A DNA stretch of 64,000 bases from a virus. Shown here one piece after another: positions 56,601-64,000 of this stretch; within the stretch, counting starts at the first letter, position 1; every line of letters begins with the position of its first letter. The stretch is from IMG/VR virus record IMGVR_UViG_3300020477_001012, positions 64,001 to 128,000 of that record. One strand, given 5' to 3'. Below the pieces are notes generated by a model, which was not told where the DNA came from, ran no database searches, and saw only the letters and a program-made list of their open reading frames with translations. A program made the position numbers and the translations under genes.

Positions 56601-57746
56601 GGTAATAGGTATTGCTGCCCCGCTCCCTAGAACCAAATGTTTTGGGTCTTCTGTGTCGTCTAAAACATCCTTGTTGTCTTGGTCCTCCATGTCTTTTGCT
56701 GTGGCGGCCCATGTCGCGGCGGGAATGGTCTGGGAAATTTTAGCTAACATCTGTTTACTTCCAGATTGCCATTTACCCGTCATGTGGTTCATGTGCATAT
56801 CCACATCTCCCACCACCTTGTTCTCGGGCTTATCTTCTACTTCCGAAATTTCTCCATCTTCCGAGTTTCCGTCCCGGCCAGCCACGTCTCTTGGCACCCC
56901 AGCGTGTTTCATGGCGCTCATAATGGCTGTTCTTCCGGTCTTTCTCTCCGACCTTTCATCGTAAAGGTACAATTGAATGTTAAAGGATTCCGTCTTGTGT
57001 GCCGGAACAAGGTTTCCAGCATCATCACTAAATAGTTGCCCCGGCGCTACATCAAAGGTTACTGCCACCGGGTATATTAAGCAACCAGATTTGCTGGTTT
57101 TAATATCTTCAATGAACCTATGCCGGGCTTGAGCTTCGTCATTCCACTTAGACACATCTGGCTCTTTCACTAAGTAGTCACGCACCCAGTCATTCATGGC
57201 AATAATATTAGTCACCTCGTATGTCCCACCGTCAGCGACTGGAAGTCCAAGAAGCCTTTTTGGTTCCAACAAATTAGAAAAAGTTCCATCGTTAATATCA
57301 TCACTTGCGGCTGGAATCCACTTAATGGCTTTGAAAAAATCTATGTCTAAGTCCGCGTAGTCGTAATTATTGCCATGCCACGGTTTATCTTCTGCCTCTG
57401 GTCTACCGTCAGCATAAGCCCAAGTTAGGTCAAATTTCTTTTCTTGATACTTACCCTTGTTGTTTCCCTCAAACCTCCACACTTCAGATGTCCCCTGTGA
57501 GGGCGGGTGTGGACCTGCGGCCCCCGCTATTGTCGGAGTCATGTTAAAAAACACACTGGGCGTTATGTGCGATTGGTCCTGTAAGACTAGAGACCTATTT
57601 ATAAACTTACCCCCTGCACCCCTATGGTACCACCAGTCGTACAGTGTTCCTGTTGTAAATGTAGAAAGACCTAGCTCTTTCATCCACTCACTGTCGGTCA
57701 CAAAGACGTGAAAATCCTCGGCCTCATTATTCTTAAATAAATCCAT
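53631..57746 (-). CDS. Large putative virion (tail/baseplate) protein, 1371 aa
   Basis: Long ORF with AGGA RBS; DTDGDGIPD Ca-binding-like loop; G.NYKVGD.FTI motif near the C-terminus. Confidence 0.6.
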   Translation of the reverse strand: MDLFKNNEAEDFHVFVTDSEWMKELGLSTFTTGTLYDWWYHRGAGGKFINRSLVLQDQSHITPSVFFNMTPTIAGAAGPHPPSQGTSEVWRFEGNNKGKYQEKKFDLTWAYADGRPEAEDKPWHGNNYDYADLDIDFFKAIKWIPAASDDINDGTFSNLLEPKRLLGLPVADGGTYEVTNIIAMNDWVRDYLVKEPDVSKWNDEAQARHRFIEDIKTSKSGCLIYPVAVTFDVAPGQLFSDDAGNLVPAHKTESFNIQLYLYDERSERKTGRTAIMSAMKHAGVPRDVAGRDGNSEDGEISEVEDKPENKVVGDVDMHMNHMTGKWQSGSKQMLAKISQTIPAATWAATAKDMEDQDNKDVLDDTEDPKHLVLGSGAAIPITMQNGNPMQWTPNYVLPKDCRKDNKEKFKVIVHNPDPGRIWETDTTVILNEINGLWMPLEFGSGVTEDAVGVSVFEGRWDFTYFATSLQYFFRDKNNARISPERAEKSFHVQYYHGDADNWNADPAQSPHLYTRNISSFDTELDGYHQFTSFDFMDRYVGGTRGETRSLGATVYGQDPIGTVISDPPPETSGPFFGCVFPNGYKGADEDVDRNGAEYYSDTRSFEVSPRQNAAYFNAGGIDSTEIAFDGGTSMESDRHVYSESPSIIDPNDPDKTIRLAMFADIFNGNHDVPHLPADIAMNASPSGSYGRPLTSLYEITKAVHNTTLTGSALRTHLKDHFFYSPDDPLGNCAYNWLHKRKYTDGDTVSHDATLGSDYTGVGAADDSAYDFQPKTANKIQFRPLKAEVYAGVTPMSETAAVLAEFERRDFYHYGERKMSQLASHGLFSIPGGTLVSKTSRDREKQFGPGGFNNLYMNGAPDFHNRPAYGLSFNVDYPQSLFASNDPSEHFSSHDSWSAHQNKWPLGPTTSDSEPAGAVGVIGAICTVSASQFINFTTDQIFGMQSDFGYRIGDTTKWLSTWGGPSLTYNDFHTTNLSARIYYAWPREQTIYDPRFFAVHHFNHGATIFDVAVRREGQDTDGDGIPDHNIAIADSTVDIRIPTCVKKADQEDTTVLNLPTELLNDYQIFGDACKDTAAAINDPLLPSGKWEINKIRRGKLLPFKYAYKRVAFPWDVGDKITLTDHVASLATQSAGVYHSGGLPQTHLSTHKFIDEPSTPDAQTKTPWVVNMVVQDLGKNYKVGDRFTIAGSDCELKVSYVTDLGDHKGFINQFELVSSGTYFDHTKLFKLSNQGNMTQAHMNKLKSFTQGSAKIEPVSSVSVHGKGFKAYLVQGRVKTMDATDAKPQMATSIDNFQLSIQAPNYPKEHSDPKELTQGNKVTQAMIDNPSDEGKYDIFFHFQNDISHTFWSRGDWGSYANNSDQYIDLTIDPV

Positions 57747-57758
57747 CTTATTCCTTTC

Positions 57759-60700
57759 TTATTCCGGTCTTGGCTTTGGTGGTTTCGGGGCGGGCATATC
57801 AGGTTCATTGGGGTCATTAGAAACCCATTGAGCTAAAGAGTCATGGGCATCATTTAAGTTACCAATAATGTTAATAGCCATCTTACCACCATTTATAATC
57901 GCATCAAGCATTCCTGCGTCTGCCTCTGTGGAGGTGGCTTCCGTTTGATCCGGCCCCGATGTAGCTCCCCCTTGAATAGCTGTACTTACCACATCTTTGG
58001 TTCCATCAACAGGAACTCCATGGTTATATCTTTCTTTATATCCAACCAAATAATCCATACGAGCTGCCTCGCCCTTTTCTAAAGTGGTAAAATGCTCCTC
58101 TGTTGATTTTGTTCTCGCCACTAGTTCCGCTCCCCCCGCAGATAGAACACTACCAAACAAATTGACGTTGCTCGAAGATTTGCCCAACCCTCTTCTAATT
58201 GCAGAATTGTTTTGATCTATAATTTTTTGTCTTTCTCTGGATATTGTTGCTATGTTGCCCTCTTTTTGTTTTTGCAGCTTACCAAAGCTGGAAGTATATA
58301 GATCCATTTTTACGGCAGTGCTGATCTTATCAGTCCCAATGTCAACGCTAATCGAAGTGACCAGTGGGCCGCCCTTCTTTAATGCTTTTGCCAGACTTAT
58401 ACCTGTGGGAGCTTGAGGAAATGTAAAACCTCCACGCTCACTAAACAGAAGCAAGCTGTTAGAAAATTGGGCCTGCAATGATCCTGCCGCATTCATGAGC
58501 TGATACCCAGCAAAATTCCAAGGGGCAAGGTTTTCATCCTTAACAAATTCTATTTTGCCCCCAATATTCATCACCCCCGGAGATCCAGTGTTAGGATCTA
58601 ATGATGTTGCGGACAGCCAAGGTCCATAACATCTCTCCATTGACATTAATGGCATAGCCACCATGCTAGGGTATACCGGAGAAGGCGATATGAAAGATAG
58701 CTTACTAGCATCAAGGCTGGCCCCCTGCATCGCCTGCTTCTGCAATCTTCTTGCTGTTCCCAGATCCTCGAAATCAAACTTGACCACTTTATCCACATGT
58801 ATAGGTTTATCGCTATTTACAATCGGGGCCGGTTTGTCAAAGCCCGGGACACCCCTAACTACATCTCGCGTCATAAGGTTATACATACCAACCGCATTAA
58901 AAGAAGCTAATGGGCCATCTAGGTACCTCATGTCTACACCGGGTTTAATACGTCCCGGCAGTGTAATTAAGGCATACACATTGCTGGCGTCCAAATTATC
59001 CGTCCTTGAATTAACAATTTCGCCTTTCAGATTGTCATCATAGAATCTTACAAAGTCTTCATTTTGAACAGTTTTTTTCTTCCCCTCTGCTGGGGAAAAG
59101 CTAGGTTGTAATTTTTCAGTAACCTTTTTAGCCACCTTGCACCCATCCGAATCTTTGGTGAATTCTACTCTAACCTTGGGTTTTGATATTTTTACCTTAA
59201 AATCCCTTGCCCACACTTTTGTGGGAACCTCTGCTGTGCGAGGGGGCATATATAATTCTTCACTGACATCACATTTGACATAAGCAACAGACGGTCCCTG
59301 ACGTTTCAAAAGCTTATCATCTGCAATTTTGGCCTGCACCTGCTGCATGCTCATTTTCCTATCTGGATGAAGATTGTCTAACTCCTCCATCACATCAGGA
59401 ATAAAACCTTTCGCTGTAATACTTTGCTGAGCAATAGACTTAGAATCAACAGTGCTAAAATCGAGGTGTTCACTGTGGTCATACCTAGCATAGCAAGACA
59501 CCCTACCCCCATCGCCCAGCAGATTAGTTAAATCCATAGGGGCTAATGATTGCTGTGAGGCTGGAGGGAGGTTAGCAAACGGAACATTGCTTGCTTCTGC
59601 AAGCGACAAGTTTCTGTTATAGAGAGCAAAATTAAAGAACCCTCCTTGTGGCTCAGGCTTGTAATTAAATTCCCACTTTTCAGAGATAGGATTGAAGCTG
59701 CCCTTTAAAGCACCGTAGGTATACTTAGCCACATGAGTGTTGTCTAAATAATGCTCATATGTATCTTTAAACAGCACATTGCTTTGTAATATCGACATTT
59801 CTGTTGTAAATGAAAAGCTACTCGCAAAGTTCAGGGTGTTGTTCACTGGCTGGGGTCTAAAGCCAAACGGACCATTCTCTATGCTCCCAACCTCCTCTGG
59901 GCTGTACAGAGTTATATCAGAGGAATAATTTACATTGCAAGAGTTGGGAATCTTCACCAAGAATTTTTTGCCCAAATTCTCCTCAGCAACCTTCTTTACA
60001 AAGTTGTAAACTTTTTTTGCGTTTTTCAGGTGCTCTTTGGCCATACGGGACATATTTTTCACTAGACCCATGTTGGCATTAAGGGTGCTTTTTATTTCTT
60101 GTAGTTCAACCTTATCACTGGCCTGAATTGATGCCAACATCTGATCAAGTGTCTCTGAATATTTCTTGGCTTCCGCTATAGCGGTTGCGACTTCGGCTAA
60201 CTGGGCTGCAAGCTTGATTCGATCTGGCCAACCCATATCACCAAGAAGCAACCGATGCGTTCTCGCAAACGCTTTCTCCAATCTTGTTATTTCCTCCATC
60301 GCGTCGTCTTTTAAAATTTTGAACTCAGGAGCGTTGTTGTCTAGTTTCTTTTTAAGTCGCTCAACATTACTCATGCATGACGTGACTGCGCTTTGAATAG
60401 ACGCGATGCCGCCCTCGGGAATACCTATTTTCTCAGCGCGCTTGTAGTATAATGGATAACCATAAGGAGGCGCACACGGGCTGGCAGGAAGGCCATCTGG
60501 CCCCATGTAATTTTTATCAGAATTAAATAAACATCTTGGTACAGACACGCCGAAATCTCTACCCGTGAACATGGATTTTAGGGCATCTTTTGCGTCTGCG
60601 TCACCAGATAGTGCATCAATCTTGTTCTCTGCATCCGCCGTGAGTCCACCGCCCGCAGCGATCAATGTGGTCTCCCAAGTCTGGTTCTCTGACAATTCCT

Positions 60701-62588
60701 GCATGTACACTTCGTCATATTGCAATAATAATGTCTTCCACTGTTCATATGACACTAGAGCGGCACGAAGCTCAATTTCTGTAGCTATGTAATAATTCCC
60801 CACACCATAGGCATTTAAAGAGGTGGCATCTAGCATTATTTGTTGATAAGAACCAAAACCCTTGGGTATTGTTACAGCTTTATCTGCCCCAAGGAAACCA
60901 TAAAAGGGCAAAATTTGTTGTTTTAGGGATGTAGACAATCGCCACTTATCGGTCTGCAATAATTCATAGGAGTTGGGTCTGCCGTTGTTCTTTTTTCTAA
61001 GCTCTAAATTGTCCCTGTCTTTATTGTTACTAAAATAATACATCTCAACTTCTTGAGCGCCAACTACAAACTTGTCAGTTGTAACGTTAGACAACTCGTA
61101 ACCTAAATCTTGACTCTCTACGTCTACACCCCGTGCGTGCAGAGTATCCAAATAGGATTTGATGGCCCCGTATTTTGGAGGCTTGCTTTTATCTATAGCG
61201 TCCACGCGAATAATACCGGCAATGACCTGAGACGCATTAATGGGCGCTATATATTTATTCCACTCGTCGATAAAACTACAAGCAGGATGATCAATTATGG
61301 GCAATAAGCTAACAAACAGCTCATGACTTGTAACGTCACATATCTCTTGGGCCAACTCCAAAAGATTCATCTGATCAAAATCCATAAAATACATTGACGG
61401 AATATGCTTTGTGGGCAGCCCAGAGAAATCTACAACATATTTATATCCCCTAAAATCTATCGCCCCGCCAAAGCCAGCGTCAACATACTCTTGTGGTAGC
61501 AACCCATTGTAATTAAATAGCGATACTAACGCTTGTTCAATTCTGTACCAAGGCATACCCTTGTCGCTTCTTCTAGAGAAGCCTTGACCAGTAACCGGGA
61601 AGTACTCAGGAAGTTCACCAAAGGGCGGGGGCACATTGCATTTTCTAGCAGGGGCGCCAACTGGACCCAAGTAATACATATCATTACCAAAATACCCAAC
61701 GTTTCCAAATGCGTCCACCCCTTTAGTAAGTATGCTCTTACCCATAGCATTGCTGTCTAAGCAGTTCCGAACGCTATCGCTAAGATCATATTCTAAGAAA
61801 CCATATACATTAATTAGATTCTTATTATTAAATGTGCTTCCTTGGTAATTATTTAATAAGATAACCGCGTTGGTCAAAATTTCTCTAGGGTCAGTAACCT
61901 GCACTGAGTACAGCGGGTTGCCAGCAGAGCTACGATTTTGAGTGTAGCTCTGTAAAATTCCACCAAATGCAAAATGGTCTTTACCTCTCCATTTTGTATT
62001 TGGATTCCATAAAGCTGACCTGTCTTCCCATATCCCCTTCTTTGCATCTGAATCAGTGGTTTTTACCAAGAAGTGATGGGGCAATTGGACTTCTGTTGAG
62101 CCTGCTACTTGAGGGAAAGCAACTGGGGCAGCCAATGTGTCGCCGTAACTTGGGTATGTGTCATCAAATGTCTTTCGGTAAGCCTGCTCAATGTCTGCGG
62201 GGTTTCCACCAAACTTAAAATAAACAGGTGTCCCAACCACGGGGGGCATGAATTGATCCCTACCCCCGTTGTGGTAAGCGTCATCTCCGCTACCAAGAAG
62301 TGTCTGGTCAGACAAATTATACTCGTCGTTAACTAGTTCCACAGATAGAGTGGACGTGGTATCTCCAAAACCTGCGTTAAGATTAAAACTTCTAATTGAT
62401 GCGCCCAGAAAGGTCTGCTGAGGGAGGCCCTCATTACCCTTAGTCCACCCAGCCGACGAGAAAGAACCCCCTTTCCCGTGAGGCAGGTTGTGGTGCTTGG
62501 GCCAATCTTGCTGATAATATCCACTGGGTCTTACGAACCCATGAACATTGTCTGTGTCATAATTGTAACTCATAATATCCTTCCTCAA
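57759..62588 (-). CDS. Large putative tail tip / baseplate hub-like protein, 1609 aa
   Basis: N-terminal FLGASIRSF...STLSVELV, FGGILQSY...YSVQVTDPREIL; central coiled coil; C-terminal P.VTSISVDIG. Confidence 0.55.
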   Translation of the reverse strand: MRKDIMSYNYDTDNVHGFVRPSGYYQQDWPKHHNLPHGKGGSFSSAGWTKGNEGLPQQTFLGASIRSFNLNAGFGDTTSTLSVELVNDEYNLSDQTLLGSGDDAYHNGGRDQFMPPVVGTPVYFKFGGNPADIEQAYRKTFDDTYPSYGDTLAAPVAFPQVAGSTEVQLPHHFLVKTTDSDAKKGIWEDRSALWNPNTKWRGKDHFAFGGILQSYTQNRSSAGNPLYSVQVTDPREILTNAVILLNNYQGSTFNNKNLINVYGFLEYDLSDSVRNCLDSNAMGKSILTKGVDAFGNVGYFGNDMYYLGPVGAPARKCNVPPPFGELPEYFPVTGQGFSRRSDKGMPWYRIEQALVSLFNYNGLLPQEYVDAGFGGAIDFRGYKYVVDFSGLPTKHIPSMYFMDFDQMNLLELAQEICDVTSHELFVSLLPIIDHPACSFIDEWNKYIAPINASQVIAGIIRVDAIDKSKPPKYGAIKSYLDTLHARGVDVESQDLGYELSNVTTDKFVVGAQEVEMYYFSNNKDRDNLELRKKNNGRPNSYELLQTDKWRLSTSLKQQILPFYGFLGADKAVTIPKGFGSYQQIMLDATSLNAYGVGNYYIATEIELRAALVSYEQWKTLLLQYDEVYMQELSENQTWETTLIAAGGGLTADAENKIDALSGDADAKDALKSMFTGRDFGVSVPRCLFNSDKNYMGPDGLPASPCAPPYGYPLYYKRAEKIGIPEGGIASIQSAVTSCMSNVERLKKKLDNNAPEFKILKDDAMEEITRLEKAFARTHRLLLGDMGWPDRIKLAAQLAEVATAIAEAKKYSETLDQMLASIQASDKVELQEIKSTLNANMGLVKNMSRMAKEHLKNAKKVYNFVKKVAEENLGKKFLVKIPNSCNVNYSSDITLYSPEEVGSIENGPFGFRPQPVNNTLNFASSFSFTTEMSILQSNVLFKDTYEHYLDNTHVAKYTYGALKGSFNPISEKWEFNYKPEPQGGFFNFALYNRNLSLAEASNVPFANLPPASQQSLAPMDLTNLLGDGGRVSCYARYDHSEHLDFSTVDSKSIAQQSITAKGFIPDVMEELDNLHPDRKMSMQQVQAKIADDKLLKRQGPSVAYVKCDVSEELYMPPRTAEVPTKVWARDFKVKISKPKVRVEFTKDSDGCKVAKKVTEKLQPSFSPAEGKKKTVQNEDFVRFYDDNLKGEIVNSRTDNLDASNVYALITLPGRIKPGVDMRYLDGPLASFNAVGMYNLMTRDVVRGVPGFDKPAPIVNSDKPIHVDKVVKFDFEDLGTARRLQKQAMQGASLDASKLSFISPSPVYPSMVAMPLMSMERCYGPWLSATSLDPNTGSPGVMNIGGKIEFVKDENLAPWNFAGYQLMNAAGSLQAQFSNSLLLFSERGGFTFPQAPTGISLAKALKKGGPLVTSISVDIGTDKISTAVKMDLYTSSFGKLQKQKEGNIATISRERQKIIDQNNSAIRRGLGKSSSNVNLFGSVLSAGGAELVARTKSTEEHFTTLEKGEAARMDYLVGYKERYNHGVPVDGTKDVVSTAIQGGATSGPDQTEATSTEADAGMLDAIINGGKMAINIIGNLNDAHDSLAQWVSNDPNEPDMPAPKPPKPRPE

Positions 62589-62591
62589 TAA

Positions 62592-63146
62592 CTAAGCATA
62601 TATTGTAGCAGCGTAGGGGACATATGCCGTGCTTACAATGTAATCAGATACGTATGGGATAAAAACTGGCAGACCTGTATCCAAATCGTAATGGTGAACG
62701 TAGGGATTGAAAACATTGAAATCGGTAACTGGCGGGACTGTCCCATGCTTGTTAAACTTTCCTTCAAATCCATTGTAATAAAAAACTCCGGTGTGCCCTG
62801 CTGCACTTGCGCCGGTCAAGACGCCATAAGTCTTCCAATGATTCAGATCGGGGTTCTCTGCTGGTACTTCCCCATCAGTTTTAATTAATCCTGACGCCGC
62901 CCAATACTCATCAGAAAACTTCCCATCCGCAGGGTGAGGAAAATACACATTAATACCACTACCATTATGATACTCGTGAGCCTGCCTAGTGTCATAAAAA
63001 TGAGCCTCTGAAGATGGCAACATCACCCCGCTACCTATACCCCACTGGTCTTCCCCAAGGGGCAAGCAAGGGTTATTCCAATGATAAGTATCATCAGTTT
63101 CTACAACGGTCGAAGTTGGTTGACACGTAGTCGTAGTAGTAGTCAT
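62592..63146 (-). CDS. Hypothetical virion-module protein with poly-Thr N-terminus
   Basis: TAATG overlap; begins MTTTTTTCQPTST. Confidence 0.65.
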   Translation of the reverse strand: MTTTTTTCQPTSTVVETDDTYHWNNPCLPLGEDQWGIGSGVMLPSSEAHFYDTRQAHEYHNGSGINVYFPHPADGKFSDEYWAASGLIKTDGEVPAENPDLNHWKTYGVLTGASAAGHTGVFYYNGFEGKFNKHGTVPPVTDFNVFNPYVHHYDLDTGLPVFIPYVSDYIVSTAYVPYAATIYA

Positions 63147-64000
63147 TATTTATCCATCTCATATGTGAACGAGATATTAAAACTATAATTTCCATCCTTT
63201 GGACTCCAAGTCTCCGAAGGGGGAGACACAAAACACTTCCTGACACCCGGCTCGCTATTGGGGCTAACCTCACGCAATAATTCTGCAATCTGTGTGGCCA
63301 TTGGCTCAACTACGCTGGGCTTTTTAAGTATCAATGGGTTTCTACCAGAGCCATAAGGAATCTTAGTATAATCCATAACTAAATTCAAAGACACATCTCT
63401 TTTGTACTCTGTCCTGCCCCCAATATTTTGTAATATAGGACCAGTTGCTCTTCCTATAACGGGGACAATGGCAAAAACATCACCGGGATATGTATCGCTC
63501 ACTTGCAAAGTCTCTACTATCGCTCCAGATATAATATTTGTGGGACGATTATCAAACGCTAAACTGTAGCTAAGTTCTCCAGTGTACTCATTAGACCCTA
63601 TAGACACCGAAAGCGGTTGAGAGTTAAGCTGAACAGCAACCATATTGTTGGCACGCCTATAAATGTCTGACCCCACCCCAAAAAGCCCACTGTTGGATAT
63701 AGTGTTATATTTTCTTACGGCATTTTGATATGGGGTCTGCGCTGTTGTGGGTGTCGCCGGTGGTGGCGCCGGAGCCAAAGATTGAGGGAACCCACCAACA
63801 GGGCCTCCCAAGCCAATGCCGCCATACATTTCTCCACTGGGAGTGATGGTGCTCAGTCCCTTAATGTTGCCATCGATATTAACGCTCACGAACGGGGCGC
63901 TGTTGGATGTAGATAAATTAATATTGTAGTTCTCAAAAGCTGTGCCACTGGCCAAGAACCAGTTTTCAGTGACACTAAATGTACCCGCAGATTCACTAAC
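63146..64000 (-). CDS. Putative virion structural protein (5' end lies outside the window)
   Basis: Frame open to the window edge (VSESAGTFSVTENWFLASG...); beta-strand motifs GELSYSLAFD and GNYSFNISFTY. Confidence 0.65.
   Translation of the reverse strand, partial: VSESAGTFSVTENWFLASGTAFENYNINLSTSNSAPFVSVNIDGNIKGLSTITPSGEMYGGIGLGGPVGGFPQSLAPAPPPATPTTAQTPYQNAVRKYNTISNSGLFGVGSDIYRRANNMVAVQLNSQPLSVSIGSNEYTGELSYSLAFDNRPTNIISGAIVETLQVSDTYPGDVFAIVPVIGRATGPILQNIGGRTEYKRDVSLNLVMDYTKIPYGSGRNPLILKKPSVVEPMATQIAELLREVSPNSEPGVRKCFVSPPSETWSPKDGNYSFNISFTYEMDK

Noticed and set aside
1-64000. Bacterial chromosome, capsule island or eukaryotic giant virus
   Set aside because: No ribosomal, transport or envelope housekeeping genes. 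DnaE/DnaB/DnaG/RecA with SD sites, many orphans and a convergent structural block fit a large bacteriophage.
1-64000. Stop-codon reassignment
   Set aside because: Conserved genes are full length in code 11 and end in TAA, TAG and TGA.
1-64000. tRNA genes, CRISPR array or long repeats
   Set aside because: Intergenic gaps are under about 75 nt and I saw no cloverleaf or repeat-spacer pattern; a tRNAscan/CRISPR scan would confirm.

Overview
A 64 kb piece of a large tailed dsDNA bacteriophage genome (standard code 11, Shine-Dalgarno sites, many ATGA/TAATG gene overlaps; no ribosomal or tRNA genes seen). The + strand (1-52541) is one densely coupled block. It holds nucleotide metabolism (nrdA/nrdB, MazG-like, PhoH, GuaC, dNMP kinase) and replication/recombination genes (RecA, DnaB, primase, Cas4/RecB-like nuclease, SSB, Rad52-like annealase). 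Its family-C DNA polymerase (DnaE) is split without an intein into two genes, with a DnaQ-type exonuclease and a nuclease-like gene between them. The block also has a small cassette of exported proteins, including a Tat-signal DUF1501 protein that suggests a Planctomycetota/PVC host, and about 25 kb of glycan biosynthesis genes (glf with two DUF4422-like transferases, three GT4s, GT2/GT8-like enzymes, apparent pseudo-enzymes, rmlB, fdtA, two DegT aminotransferases, methyltransferases, fcl, glmS). A bidirectional terminator at about 52562-52597 separates this from a convergent - strand block of putative virion genes. Most notable: (1) the intein-free split DnaE with an embedded proofreader; (2) a probable virion/surface glycosylation system with pseudo-enzymes and Thr/Pro- and Ser-Gly-rich candidate acceptors; (3) a lysine-6-dehydrogenase-like plus aldehyde dehydrogenase pair inside nrdAB; (4) a phage-borne DUF1501/periplasmic module. 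All calls rest on motif recognition by eye, not database searches.
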